Assembly (NCBI RefSeq): GCF_009914755.1
Contig: NC_060934.1
Length of the DNA: 64,000 bases
Strand: one strand, 5' to 3'
Origin: the human T2T-CHM13v2.0 reference genome, Homo sapiens
In this document: one piece after another, positions 32,301 to 52,131 of the stretch
Layout of the letters: each line of letters begins with the position of its first letter
Numbering within the stretch: position 1 is the stretch's first letter
Program-made: the position numbers and the translations under genes
The notes under the pieces: model-generated
Databases searched by the model: none
Told to the model about the DNA's origin: nothing
Seen by the model: the letters and a program-made list of their open reading frames with translations, nothing else

Positions 32301-35261
32301 ATTACAATTTTCTGAACATCTAGAAAATTATGAAACATTGAGGACAAGTATTTTAAGTTTTTCATATTAAAAAAATCTGTCAGATATCCACTTTATATTT
32401 GTTGAATACGTGAGTTAGTTAATTAATAATAAATGCTGTCATCTGTTCCCTTATGGTTTAGTATTTTCTTTGTACTCTAAAATTAGAGGGGGCTAAAAAT
32501 ATCAGTCATATTTATAAATTTGACTCTCCAGCTCTGCTAAGTAAAATTTAAAGATTCTTATTTATCATTTGATGTCATTTGGGTACTAACCTCCTGTTTC
32601 TCATCATCGTGGTTCAAACTGTAGACATCAGATCAAAATTACCGGTGTCTTGATGTAATTCATTCATTTAACAAACTTTGGTCATTTGCATCCCTTGAAC
32701 AGTGATGGGGATACAAAAGAAAATTATAGAAGGCCCTGGCCTCAGGAATTAACTTTACTGGAAGAGATAGTCATGTATAGGAAAAAAATTATATGATTTA
32801 ACTTAATGTGTGATCTAAAGTTACAATTTTTGGGTATATAAAAAAGAGCAAATAACTGTTTATAGAACTCTGGAAAATCTTCACATAGGAAAAAAAAGAG
32901 AAGCATCCAGAAAAAAGGCGTAGAAGCTTATAGAGACATGGAAGGTCATGGGGCATTCAGGTCAATGTGAAAAATTCAACGTGGATGAAGAGGTATTCTA
33001 TGACTAGTTAAGAAAGAATACTTTCTAAAGGCCACAGTAAAAATCAAAAAAACAAAAAACCCTCATATTTTTTATCAGAGGAACAGGAGGTCAATTTGTG
33101 TTTGGAAGAAGGGCAGAAAAGTGCTTTTTTAAAAACAAAAGATTATATGCTTAAATCATAAACAAATAATTTAGAAAATAGAGAAAAACAGAAAATAAAG
33201 ATAAGTATATGGATTCTACTGCCAACCTACAACCTGGAGATACTCTGTGCTAACATTTCAGGTATATTGCAGAATATGTTTCTAATAATCAACTGGGTGT
33301 TGCAATATGGAATCATACTATACATACTGTGTCTCACCTGTGTCTGCAATAGATGATGTTGACAAGAAAATCTCTATATTGACAAGAAAATCTATCTTAA
33401 GTGCTGATCATTGTTAAATTTGAAAAGCGGATTTTACATGTTAAATGAATAGGGAATACAATCCCAGTAAGACAATAAAACATACTTCACTCCTTACAAA
33501 AATAACCTCCAGATGGATCAGAGATGTAAACAACAAAACAGGAAAAAGCTCTATAGTTTCTTAGAAAAATACATAGGAGCCTTTTATTTCGTGTATAATG
33601 ACCTTTGATGGAAACAACTTCCAAGTATGACACAAAAGTGAGAAATCAGGAATAAAATATTGATTAATTTGTCTGTATTTTTAAATAATATGTTTGCTTG
33701 GAGAATGCACTGCAACCACAAAAGCAAAACAAAACCAAACAAAACACAAAATCTTGAAAGTAATTGTAACGCAAACCAAAAATATATAACTAATATGCTC
33801 AATATAACATTCTTTCAAATAATTTTATCTAGGAAAAGTCTTCAGATCATAGATATATAGATCGATAAACTATCACAAATGTAACTCCTTGTATAATTGT
33901 CCCTCAGCTCAAGGAATAGAATGTCACCAGTGTTCTAGAGGATTCCCTTGTGCCCCTTTCCTGATGCTACTTGTTCCCAAGAGTAACTACTGTTCTAATA
34001 TCTTTAGTATAAATTATTTTCATCCAGCTAGTTCTTTATCTAAAAAGAATCACAGGTATGAATACTTTTTCTACAACTTCTGCTCCATGTATGTGATATT
34101 TCACCATATAGTTTATGTAGTTATAGATTGTTTATTATCCCTACTGAATAGCATTTCCTTGGGGCCTACCCCACAATGTATTCACTGTCTTGATATTTAT
34201 TGGTTTACAGTTCTACTTACTGCTTTCGTGCCATATTTTTCTGTTCTCTAGATGACACTATTTCTCAGATGCCTTTAGTTGCTCTCAGAGCTTGCTGTCT
34301 AGAATTTCTTTCCCTTTGCTTGCACATCTCCCAACATGAATGTTTTTCTCCTGTAGAAAGAGCACACTTCCTTATTTTGGTGTTTCTTTCTGGCAGCTGT
34401 GTCATAGAGTACAATAGCTTAGGCTTCTACAAATGAACGCCAGCCTTGGAGATTTTTACAGTCTTCTCTTTAGTCATCAAGCATTCAGAAATAGGGAACA
34501 TTGAAACTATGTTGAGGTGAGTTCCAATACAATGTTTACTGTATCAGTAAAAGCTACTTCCTTGCAACACCCAGGTCTTCCTACTGATTCCAGACTACCT
34601 CTCCCTGATTGAGTACCTGTTCTAAGTCACACAAAACTTTCCTGTAGCATGTTCTAGCTCCAAGCCACCCCCAAATACCTTTTTATTCTGAATTTTTACC
34701 AGGACAGGATAAGAAAGAAAGGATTTGGGCTATATTAGCTGTGCTCTTGAGGAATACACCATAAATAGAAATAGTAAAGGGAAAAAAATCTGCTTTAGAA
34801 ATGTTTAAGAAATTGTTTAAGACATACTAGAGCTTTGTACTAGACAGGAAAGTTTGTTGTCTTCAGAGTTCTAAAAGTTCTAGAAGTCTCCCTTATACCT
34901 CTTTGTATCTATATAGAAGTATTTTAATTATCCCTTTCAAAAGGGGTAATGCTCCCAATTTTGTGCTGATTCTCCAGGGAGACTCATTGTTTCATTTCGT
35001 AATCCATTAAGCCTTCTAATCATATTGGGGACTCCAAATAAATTGTACATTGTTGTAGTAACATTTTGGGGCCTATATGACTCATTTCTTTTGTCACTTG
35101 TATTATGTATTTAGTTTAGGATGGAAACTAGTTTTAAAAAGAAAAAAGCAATTTGACTATTTGTGCAAAAGTGGACAGAACTAGCATAAAAGAGGATGTT
35201 GCTTATGAAAGATACATAGGTAATAATTACTCTATGATGATTTGTGACATTAAATTTGTTT

Positions 35262-39074
<3,813 letters not shown>

Positions 39075-39077
39075 TGA

Positions 39078-39438
<361 letters not shown>

Positions 39439-39680
39439 TTAAATCCAGCTCCTATTTTTTTCTATGAGTGTATTCCACCCCCCATACCTCTGGCCCTGGG
39501 ATATTGTGATTGTAATGTGTCTTCAATGCTCAGTAGACAACCATATTTAAGGTACTGTCTTTTAATTACATTGTTGATATCAATTGGCAGGTAACTGCCA
39601 ATGGATTGGTCCACGGATACTAATTATGGCATACTATTTTTTAAGGTCTATAACTTCTGGGTGGGTATTTAAAATCATTT

Positions 39681-40617
39681 TGATAGTGACAGGAGGCAGC
39701 CAAATGTCTAGGCAGATGGGGGCAGATAGGGGTGGGTACCCGACGAAACCCCACCTCCAAGCCTAAGAAAATTTAAAGCCTGAAAGCCAAGCTACAGGTT
39801 AAATCCTCAGACCGATTGATAACTTTTTGTCCTGTTTGGAGCACTTTCCTTTAATTGATCCCCACCTTTCACCTATTTTGCATATACCTACCCTTTCCAA
39901 ATTCTCTACACTGTCGTGCCCACCTTTAAGTGCTATTTTCACTTTAACCTCTTGCATTCTCACAAACCAATCAGCATGCACTCCCCATCCTGTGCCTATA
40001 AAGACCCCAGAATCAGTTGGTATAAGGGGAGATGGCCTGACTTGGGGAAGAGACAACCTGATTTTGAGGAGGTTGGCCTGCTTTCCTGTCCCTGCTCCAG
40101 CTCCCCTCTCTGCTAAGAGCCGTTTTCATCGCTCAATAAAGTTCTCCACCTTCACCATCCTTCAACTGTCCATGTGCTCTCTTTCTTCTTGGATGCTGGA
40201 CAAGAGCGCAGGACCCACCGAGTGAGGGTACCAAGAAAGGCTGTCACACTGGCCCTTTGCCCTTGCCAGAGGAGGGCAGCTGGCCCACACGATGAGACAA
40301 GGGGCCAACTGAGCTGCTAACACACAACCAACTGCTGATGGCAGAAGTACAGGGACACTGCAACACCCCCTCTGGGGCTTCATGGTCGTGGGCACCCTCA
40401 TCTGGGTGCCGCCACGTTCCCCTCAAGGTGACACAGCTGGTCTGGCCACGGGTCCTGCACGGAGCTTGTTCCTGTGTCAGCACCCAGAGCAGCCAGCTGA
40501 ATCCTGCACTCGCTCACTCACGTGCTCCCTTCCACAGGGGGTTGAGTACCGGGGGAGGGGTAGAGGTGGCACCCCTGCCATGAGTCCGGCAAAGGGGCCG
40601 AGAAAAATCCCGCATCA
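39681..40617 (+). mobile_element. ERV1-class solo LTR (LTR28/LTR1/LTR27-like)
   Basis: TG...CA termini (TGATAGTGACAGGAGGCAG...AAATCCCGCATCA), 4-bp TSD ATTT on both sides, CCAAT 39967, TATAAA 39997, AATAAA 40135. Family name recalled from memory. Confidence 0.85.
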
Positions 40618-42399
40618 ATTTCAATAATGTACACCCTTGGAAGAATGTCAGGACTTCACGATGATGATCCATCTGCTCTTGGGCTCTAAGAGTGGTGCAC
40701 AATATGTTGTGAGTGCCAGTGACTTTCATCTTAGTGTTAGCTTTCCCTTTCGATGCTCTTTCAAAATAATCTTTTGAATAATATTTGAGTTTTATCAGAT
40801 AGGACTGCAAGGGTGTTTTGAGAAGCCATTTTCTTATGATTAATTTCAATTTTTATATTTTCCCATTTACTAATGGAGCTCTAAATTCCTAGCGTCAGTA
40901 ATGATATTTGTTTGGACATATGTAAGGATACATGGTTTAATTCCAAAACAGTTGCCCTTTTCCTCCTCAGGGCGCTACAATGTTTTGCGTAGGAAAATAG
41001 TGTATTATTTGAACACCAATCACAAATTCACTGGGCCTCATATTGGAGGGATGACAAAGAGGGAAGACAGGGTGATTTTCCAGGGAATAATTTCTAATTA
41101 ATCTGTATCATCTTGTTTTATCAATGCTCTTGATTTTGGTATCACAGTTGACACTTTCATCTGCACATCAACTCAGTATTTATTTGTCTAATATGGATGT
41201 GTGTAAATATAATTTCACCCTCTAGCATAATATAACCAGATTAATTGATCATTCACTTATTTTTTTTAGTAAAAGAAAGCCTGTAAAACAAGTCACTATG
41301 AACCACATAAATAACAATATCACAACATCTCTGGTAAAATTGTACTAGGAAGGAATTCCTTTTCCTTAGTTTAAGGGTACGAAATGCACAAGAATCAAGA
41401 GATGTTCATAGAACTTCCTGGGTATAGATATTCTCCTGCCTTCTGCTTCTCCTATTTCTTCTTTTTCCCCCTTCTATATTTCTGTAAAGCCTTCATGACC
41501 CTCCTTCTGAAGGCCATCACTATCCCCTCTTTCTAATGGGCTCTCTCACCTAAATTATGTCAGGTGTCTCCTGAATTGTTTCTCAAACTGTGCTCCAAGA
41601 GTAGGTATCAGTGAAGAGTTGCTGCACATAGTCGTAAAGGTCCTGAACAAACTTAAGAAGAATCGTCACATAGACTAAGAGGGAATTTGAGAATGTTATG
41701 GCTTTGCCATAATTTCGTGAGCTCTGCTCACAAAAAAAAAAATGGCTTTATTGGTTGATAGTCTTGTGAAATGCTAATTGTCATAGTCCTTATTGGAGAT
41801 TCATAAATCATATTAGTAAATTATAGGGCTTGGGAAAATTTATTTATGATTAGACTCTTCAGGTCCTTTAATTTGGTTATCTATTTAACCCAGGTTTTTT
41901 TTCCAAATATATTATTATTATTTTCTTAGATAACAGTTTTTATTATATCATGGAAAACACTTGGAAAATGCTGGCTTCAGATGGTAATAATACAAATATC
42001 AGAAATTGCTAAAAAGAAATCGAACAATTCTTTGGGGGGATGGTCACTATGCGCAAGTGCTTCATATAAACTGTAATTTAATTTTATTTCATAACCATAA
42101 TTTGATTTTATTGTTATCCGCAGCCTAGATATAGGAAAACTGAATGTTAAATGTATTGCCTAGAGAGGCAAGTTTGTATACGAACCTGAGGAGGACTTAG
42201 ATTATATTATAATTTTTTAAAGTTTGGTATATAATTTACTACTCAGAGTGAGGTCCATGGCCTATACTTGGGAGCTTGGCAAAATGTACTGAGTGGTAGG
42301 TTGTCATGTTTATGTCAGTATTATGTGGTCAAAGCTCCCTGGAAATGGCATCCTTCCCAATACACACTAAGGCTTCTTTAGGGGAAAGTCCTTTAGCCT

Positions 42400-42690
42400 C
42401 TATGCTTTTCCTTTTGCTTTTTTTCTCTCCATCCTACCTGGAAGATGTATTTGAAGTCTAATGGTTTGTGGCCACCTTGAAACCATAAGGCAATAATCAG
42501 GAAGAAAAAACGTCAAGACGCTAAATATTATGGAGAAAAATATAACAGGAACCTAGGATACCAACGTATTAAGACACTGTTTCTGTCTTGAGTTTTTGAC
42601 CTATAGCATTCTTATAAGAAAAATAAATCCCTATTTCATTATTACCACTACTAAGTTTACATTGCTTTTAGCCAAATTGATTTCTCTGTG
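42400..42690 (+). mobile_element. Old MLT1-type LTR fragment
   Basis: GGCCACCTTGAAACCATAAGG...GGAACCTAGG...AAAAATAAATCCCTATTT resemble MLT1J/K. Confidence 0.45.
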
Positions 42691-43419
42691 TTATGATCAA
42701 ATCAAATGAAAAGTCTGACAAGTGGGAAAGAGCACATAGTTGTGTAGGTAAAACTAACCTAGTATTCCACTGTGGAATAGTCTGAAATGAAGTTTATGGG
42801 TGATGGGAGGCGAGGTGGAGCCAGATAATGAACAGCATTGAAATCCAGCCACAGGAATTTAACATCATAATCCTATTGCATATTTTAGTGCTGTCATAAA
42901 TGAAATGAAGTAATCTACTCTAATGTTGATTTAAAATTTTTGTATTATAGAGATTTTCCACAATAAAATTTTATTGAGTGAAACTTTACAACAAACAGTA
43001 TAATAACCATTCTTATTTGGATATGGCATCATTATTGATTCAAGTTAACTTGACAATAGTTCACAATGGTAGCCATTTTACCAAAATATACTAATACTTT
43101 CCCTTTGAAATTTAGAACAATTTGTTAAGTAGTGCTCCATTCATTGACTTATCATAGGAACTAAAGAATAGGAAAGAAAGAAAAGAAAACCTTTACTTGT
43201 GATATGAAACATACACATAGAGAATAGAACATGTGATTTTATCTTTCTCTATATACTGGCTTTTAGTCATATATGTAAGTGTTTTAATTCCAAGAAATAT
43301 AAAGGAAGCAAGAGAAAAGTATCTGGTTGTGTGTCTTGACACATATTCAAAGAAACTGAGAAAGGTTATATTGGCTTAGTTGAATGAATAAAAATTGAAT
43401 CAGCATCGATAACTTCTAC

Positions 43420-44780
43420 CAAAAATATTTGTTTAACAAATACTATGTATCAGGCACTACTTTTAGTACTAGGGAGTACAAATTAAACAAAATGAAGATC
43501 TTGTTTTTAAAGAAGGTGCTTTATGTTGAAGTCAATCTGACTAAATAGAGATCTGGAGCTGATAATAATTATGAACAACATTAAAGGAGTAATGTGATAT
43601 AGAGCAATGTTGTAGAATGGTGCCTTTTTTAAAGTAATAATTGACCAGTTATCTGAAAGAGGGGAGCAAGCTATCTCGACATTCTGGGAAAATATGAGAG
43701 AGGAACAGAAAAAAGTTAAGTACGGTTAGAATAGCATGAGAATGAAGAGAATTATGAGAGAGAAATTTAGAGAGTTAGCCAGGAGTGGAACCTGTACAGT
43801 CTTTAGACAAAGTGAAGGACTTAGATGGATCAAAGTGAAGATAAATTGTATAGTTTTAAAAGGACTTGTACAGTTGATTTGTATTTAAGGTGATCATGGT
43901 GACAACTGTATGTAGAATAGGGTATGTTGAGGGACATGAATAGAATTTGGAGATTAGTTATGATGAAAAAATACAGATGACTGAAGATGGTGGCTTAGAC
44001 TAGAATGCTGAGGTTGTAAAAAAGAGTCAGATTCTGGAAAAGCTGATGGTAGTGTTGATGAATTTTATGTAGATACGGTAAGAAAAAAGATGTCAACAAT
44101 AGATATTGCACTAGTTATTAAATAGCCAGTAGAGATGTTGAGTGGGCAATTTGGATCCATAAGTCTGGAGTACAAAGGCAAAGTAGGGATTAGAGAGATA
44201 AAACTAGGTATCCTCAGCATGGAACTGGCAGTGAGTGAAGATGGTGAAAACAACAGAGCTAAGGGTTGGTCCTTAGGACTTTCTAATATTTTGAAGTTTG
44301 TCAAATATATGGTTTGAGTCTTTGTCCTCAGAACTACAGAAATCCAATGTAAATTTTACAAGGGAAGGATATAAGATTAGATTTGCTTTTAAAAGATAGC
44401 TCCAGCTGTGGTGTGGAACTGTATTAAAGGGGATTAAAACCAAATGCAATGAAACACATAAGATATTTTCTGAAATTTAAGCTAGACAGATGATAGTTTT
44501 GATTGACAATTTGTAGCTAAGGAATGAATGAAAACAAATGGACTCAATTCATTTAATAATGTATACATAAATTGAAACATCATGTTGTACACCATAAACA
44601 TATATAACTTTTGTCAATAAAGCTGGAAACAATTTAAAAAAAAGAAAGCAAATGGATTGAAGAGATATTTCATAGTAAAACCAAAGAGAGCTTGTTCACA
44701 GATGGTAGTGCCATTGCAATGGAGGAGGGCTTAGGCTAAGTTGGAATAGTAGTTTAGTTTTCAATTTGTTGAATTCCTTG
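43420..44780 (-). mobile_element. L2 LINE remnants
   Basis: TACTATGTATCAGGCACT (reversed L2 3' end); GAGATGTTGAGTGGGCAATTTGGAT...GTCTGGAGT. Boundaries approximate. Confidence 0.6.
44546..44645 (+). mobile_element. Very short L1MA/MB 3'-end insertion
   Basis: AATGTATACAT...ACATCATGTTGTACACCATAAA...AATAAAGCTGG plus A-tail; degenerate TSD AAAACAAATGGA / AAAGCAAATGGA. Confidence 0.7.
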
Positions 44781-44953
44781 AACGTTATGGCATTTGAAAT
44801 ATATAAATATGTTGTTGTTTGTTCATGGAGGTGACTAAGTTTTAGCTCATTGCCTTATAATCATTTCCTGAGCTTTATATTAATGAACTGTCGATGGCAC
44901 TACTTATAAAAAAGACTGCTAAACTTTTAAAATTTAACAGGCTAAAGTACATC

Positions 44954-45290
44954 TGTAGTAGATGCTGTTTGCTGCTGGTTCTCCTCATATCCTCTTACCA
45001 GGTAGAGAGTATTGGCTTTCTCTAGGTTACAGCTTTACCCTCCTCTAGAGAATTGCTCAGGCTTCATTCCTGGAGATGCCTGAAGAGGCCATACTCCGTC
45101 CTTTAATCCCCAGAGCATGTTATAGAGTCTCTTGCAGTATCAGGCTGAGGTCAGACTTTTGGGTTGAAAGGACATCTAACTATCTTTAGTGTTTTGTGCC
45201 ACCCCGTCCTGCTTTCCTCTCTTCCTTACAGAGCACTTGGACAAGAATCCTCATATCAAATTTCAGTTCTTAGAATCTAACGTAAGATAC
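44954..45290 (+). mobile_element. LTR16-like ERVL LTR
   Basis: Starts TGTAGTAGATGCTG; contains ATCAGGCTGAGG, CCTGCTTTCCTCTCTTCCTTACAG and ACAAGAATCCTCAT. Confidence 0.55.
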
Positions 45291-48200
45291 TTTCAATCAT
45301 TATTTCCCTGAAAGAATTTAAGCATTTTCAAAGCCCTTTTTAATTAAAAATAAAAATGTCTTTCCAACAGAACTCTTGACTCAACTCTTGGCACAAGACA
45401 AGTTTGTCTTCCATGTAAGTTCATATTCTATGTTCTTAATTTCCCTAGGAAGTGTCCATGTTTTGTCTCATATATGTGTTATATAAAGCTGCTTCATCAC
45501 TATGAAAAACAACAAATATAATGCTGACCTTTTAGGTACCCATCAGAAAAGACAACTATGATGTGATCACCAATCATGATGGTCAACTACTTTAGTTGAC
45601 TTACTTTATTTGGGCACCTGTCACTTACCAGTCCTGCCATTTAAGTAAGTTTCAAAATCTGTCCTCTGGAATATTAATTAAAGAAGACATTGCTAGTTTA
45701 ATACATGTTATAGGAAAAAAGTTAAATGACCTTTAGAATACAAATTTTACAAATATGACCAGCTTTTTTCGTGCAGAACTTCTCAAATGGACTAATATGA
45801 ATTCTGAAAATTTAGAAAATCAGAAAACAAGTAATGACTCCCAACATTATGTAAATAAGGAACATTTTAATCATAGACTATCTTGATAACTTAGAACTCA
45901 AAGAAATAATGTTGAGAAACCATGCTAGAACTCACTTACTAGAGATCTCTAATCATCTATTTACTAACATCACCAGAAATTTATATATCCGCTCTAATGC
46001 CTTCATAGCTTTCCATGCCTTTGGGGTTTAAAATTAAATGCCATTTCTTCAGTGTTTATCAATAGTGATTTAAGTTATACCATTTAGGAACGCTTTTATT
46101 TCTACTGAAAATTCAGTTGAAAATGTCATCTATTACATTATTCACAGCTTATATCAAGACCCACACAGTAATTACTTCTCAGAATTGATATTAGAAAAAC
46201 GTTTATGCTTGTAAGATGAGCTACTTTTTGACATTGCTATGAGTAAATGCAGTGCTAAGTGCAATGCTAAATTGTAGTTACAAGCTCATTTGGGTGTCTG
46301 ATAACATCAGGGGATTTAGTTATTTTTGCTCTTTTAAAATATTTACTTGCTCTGTTTCATACACTGAGTAAGGTACTTCTCCACTTTTAGAAACACAAAA
46401 AAATTGGTTTTCTTAATTAATTTGGAAAGGTGTGGTAATAAAGGGTTATAATCTTTAAATAAATATTGTATTAATATGTAAGCTAAACAATAAAATGGAA
46501 CACAACAGATATCCTCTGGTTATTAGATTCTAGATGACATTTTATAAACAAAACTATTTTTTACTTTTTAGTCTGAGCAATAGGAAGAGCATTTTTATGG
46601 AGACCCAACTGTTTTCTAACTCCTTTACCTTTGAGGGGCAACAAATCTGAAATGAATTTGCGCTAGACAAATGGTTATTATGATGCAAAGTATGGTTTGC
46701 TATGACTGCAGGGACATGATTCATTGTGTTTCCCTATTTTGAATTCACAGGGGAATGTTGAACATCTCTGAATATAAACATGGAAAACTTCCATAACATC
46801 TGTTGCAAATTTCTGCCAGCTGAAAAGTGATAATGATCATGAATATTTTTGTTGATGATGCGGATACATTGGTCTAACTAAATTAACTTGCAGACTATGG
46901 GTATCTAATAGAAAACACATGAGTTGTAATATCACCTGTTTAGCTTTATGTTTAGTTACATTTTTAATTGTTTCAACATGTTGAATTTTTATGGCTTATA
47001 CTTTTTAAAGTTAAAACATACTACAAATAAAAACTGTCAGAGTGTGTCATGCTGACAGTTGCATTCATTTATTCGTTCTCTGCCATCTATTCAGAAAAGC
47101 AAAATTTTCCTGATATTTTTGCACAGTTAGGGCATGAAACAGTAGCCATTGATGACACAGAAAATATTAAGAGCTGCTCAATTAACACACCTTAAAATGC
47201 TGTCCTACAATTCCATATTTTATTAGAACCACATTAATATACCTTGAAAGTATGTCTGCGTAAGTCAACAATCTAATAAGGACTAAAATCAAAAGCTTTC
47301 AATATAAATTAAATATATTTAAATATGTAAATTTTATTGATAGGACCTCCTTAACACAATAAACTCATTGTTTGCATCCAGGTTGACAGTTGAAACTTTA
47401 GTCTTTGGAATTGACTGTAACAATCATGTAACATTTTAAAGTATAAACTGCACAAAAGAAGGGCTATCTTTTCATGCATCTTATTTGAGAAACCTGGCAA
47501 GAATTTTATAACTTTTTGAACGAGAATAATTTGGATGGTGATGTGTTTGCTTATAGGTTTTTTCAAATCGTTAGGACTGGAATATTAATCCCTGTTAAGG
47601 GTGCATTATGTACTTGCCTGGTGAAAGGCTTTGATTCAAAGTCCTTGTGATTTATAATTTAACCAAATATGCAACTGTTATTAAATATCAATTAACTGCA
47701 TATTTGGATTTATTTTACAGTTTGGATAACAAATTGAGACAGACATTATTATCTACAATAAATGTTTTATGTCTAATTTTGCAAAAATAATATAAATGAA
47801 GAGGTATTTATGGCAGAGTGACAGATGGAAAATGACAAACTTTGAAAGGTGCTGATGCTGCTTTTTAACAAACTTTTTTTTCAAAGACTCCATTAAACCT
47901 CAGAATAAATTTCCTTAGCTAGTTATTGAAGTGGGAGCAGTAACAATTTTCCATGCCCCGATTTATTTTGAACACGAAACCTGTAGAGTTCTGTTTCACT
48001 ACTCACCAATAGAGCATAAAATAATAAATTGCACACCTAAAGAAAGTCTTTATTTCAGTAATCTTTTAAAAAATATTTATTTAATCTGCGACCTGCTAGT
48101 GTGCAGGTCCCTAAATGATGACAGTGAGGCCACTTCTGAGTCATCTCACATTACTTCTCAGCGTATACTCTGCATTGATTGAGGAAACCTTTTGCACACT

Positions 48201-48979
48201 TCCAAATACAAATTGCTGGATCACACCTGGTTGAGTTTTCTCATGCTTCATTTCAACTCTTCAATAATCCTTTTCCTCAATGTTACGTTGTCAATATTTT
48301 CTTTCTAACATGCCCTGGAACTCAGTAATTTTCTTCAGTAGATATATATTTCTTAGCTTGACCATTTTCTTTTGATCACCCTCCCTCTGTCTCTCTAGTG
48401 CTTATGTTTCAGCCTATACTCGATTGTTTTATACTTATTCATAGACCAAGTAATATATCATCCCTAATCTTTTTATGTTTCAGGTGTTCAATTAAGGCTC
48501 CCTCAAAATATTATTTTTTACATTTCTTTGGAGGTCAGCCTGATTGAGGTTATATCTTGGGTCAAGAGCTTATCTGTTGTGAAAACTTACTTCTATGAGA
48601 CTAAAAATTCTCATCTGTGATAGAAATTCTTATTACTACCTCTTGTTTTTTCTCTATTTCTTGACCATACATTTGCAAATAACTCCTACTCTGAAACCTC
48701 TTTGAATAGCCTCAATTTGATTATGCCATTGGTTTTCTGCTGAAACCCTGATCTTTACCCCCTCCTATATAATTCACAGCATCAATACTCAAAGTGTGGT
48801 CAATGGACCTGTGTCTGCAAACTGCTCACCACTGTCTATGAAGAGAAAACTACCAAAAAGAAGAGCATTTGGAAACTTTCACAGCAGTTTGACCTTTAAG
48901 CATGCAATTCTTAATCTAGTAATTTCTTTTGATTGTATCAGTGCATGATAGTTAAGGAATTTTTTTAAAAATAACTAGA

Positions 48980-49394
<415 letters not shown>

Positions 49395-51481
49395 TCAGTG
49401 AGTTTACTCATCTCACCAGGAATAAGCCAGTCAAGATCACCAGTGTAATGAGTGCATCTTGAAGAAGTAAGCTCATACTACATCATGAACATTGATGAGC
49501 ACATTTAACATAAGCAGGCTACTATGTATTACTGATGAAGCACAGAAGGACACTGAAACCAGGATGTGGTCATTTATGCATCACTTTTGAAGAAATAAGA
49601 GAAACAGAGAAAATAGAGATGCAATAAACAGAAATCCAAGGTGATTAAATAGTCATTTTACAATTGCGTTTTGCAATTTTTTCCACATCTTTCCATAGTT
49701 ACTCATTTAAAAATACCATACTTTCATTCAATAAACATTTATTAAGTCATCGATATATGCTAAGACATGGTGATATAGTAGACAATAGACAATATAAAAT
49801 TAATATACTTAATTACTTTTTAAAAGACTGAGCAAAAATGAATGATAAACGGAATAACAAGTGTTTATTTTGGAATACAGAGAGAAAAAGAAAAAAGGGA
49901 AGTAGGGGAAAGAGAAAACTAGTACTCTGGCAGAAAAATAATGAAAAGAAAGACATTTATCTTTGCCAATATTCTAATAATAGGAAAACTCAAAATCTCT
50001 AAAATATCTAAATGACATTTTTAACCCTCACCAGAATTTCCCCCATTTAATATTTGGTTATAGAAAAAAGATGAAATGATAAAGAAACAACTACAAACAC
50101 ACCTGTGGACATGTTTGTACATTTCTGTATTTTTCTGTGTGGTGTGCAGCAAAGAGGGAATGGCTGGGTTACAATTTTTTGTGTGTGTTTGTCTTTAACA
50201 TACACCACTAGCAATGTATGAGTTCTACTTATTACATACCCTTAAACCTTGAGTTTTCTCTTTTCTTATAGTTAATCTAATGAGAGTTGTAGAGGTATAT
50301 CATTAAAGTTTTAGTTTTTCCCTGGTGATTAATAATGGTAAATGATTTTCATATCTTACAGGCTGTAGGCATATTTAAGGTGGTTAAGTGTCTTCTCAAG
50401 ATTTTGTCCATTTTTACCACATTATCTTATTAAATTGTAACATGTTTTGATGTATTCTGGATAGATTTCACTGTCTAACATTAATGTTACACATGACATC
50501 TCCTGGACTTCGGCTTGCATTTTCACTCAGTTAATTTCATCTTTTACTAGAAATGTTTTGAATTTGGATTAAAACTACTTTATTGGCATTTCTTTATAGT
50601 TGCTACATTTTATACTACTTAAGTAGTCATTGCTTTCCCTAAGGTTGTAAATATATTTTCTTATATTTTACCTGAAAACGTTATTGTTTTATGTTTTACC
50701 TATAGCCCACAATCCCTCTTGCATTAGTTATGTGAGGTTTGAGGTAGGTAGATAACTTGAATTGTATTGATATTTATTCTGATATTAACTTGTTTGCACT
50801 ACAAATTTATTTTAAGTGTGATCAATTGGTCTAGGTGAGTGCCTTCTTTCAATGTTTTTACTCAATTATCTTATGAATCTTGATTGTCTGCATGTTGTTT
50901 TAAAGTGTTGATTATAAATTACATGTCAGTTTAGTCTACAGTGGAGTAAAATAGCAGTAATGTATGCTACATGATTTAAGTCTCAGTTTCTTAGTGATTG
51001 TCATCTCAGGGTGGTTGTTACCTACTTAGCAGCTATTGAAGACATTTTCCTGATTCTACTATTCCAATTTCCACACTAACTGCTTAACCTGTGGGTTAAT
51101 GACATTTTTACTTATTGCTTAGTACAAATCCAGGAGAGGGAGAGGTCAACCAGTTTGTTTTTCCAAATGGGCCCTGTGCCACTTTTTGTATGAGTTGGGC
51201 TAGCTTGCTTAAGTGCTAAGGAGTTTATAATGAATGTATTTTACTCTTACTGCATTTGTGCCATTATAGCTTCCATTTTAAAATTATCTGATTATCTGAA
51301 CCTATTTCCTTTCTATCTTTCTGGATTTTTTTTTGTTTTTAATGATGCTGTTTTGTGTTTCCCTGTGATGCTTTAAATTCATTTGGCCTTTTTACATTTA
51401 TTTTGTTATTTCATAGAATCTTAGGTGAAAGCATGTCATAGTTGCTTGGTCTCTACTTAAGCCGATGTTTTGTTATTTTTC

Positions 51482-51510
51482 ATTCTGGCATATTTGTGAC
51501 CCTTATTTGA

Positions 51511-51564
<54 letters not shown>

Positions 51565-51749
51565 TTGTATATACAACATACATATGCACACATATATACA
51601 CACAGTGCACACATATACTTACCTGAATATATATGTACACATATACTGTATATATGTATGTGGGTATACATTTATGAACATATATACACTTGTACACAGG
51701 CATATATATTGGTATAAAGAAATGTGTTTACACTTACACTTTAGAGAAC
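51482..51749 (+). repeat. Left arm of an inverted repeat, containing a (TA)n(CA)n microsatellite
   Basis: Reverse-complement match to 53336-53513 (see findings). Confidence 0.88.
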
Positions 51750-51839
51750 CAAGTATCATAGATAATTCATTTTGTGGACAAAATTTTTCAAATAAAATAT
51801 AGTGTAAATAAAGTACTTAATTTTGTACTCTCCAAGTGA

Positions 51840-52131
<292 letters not shown>

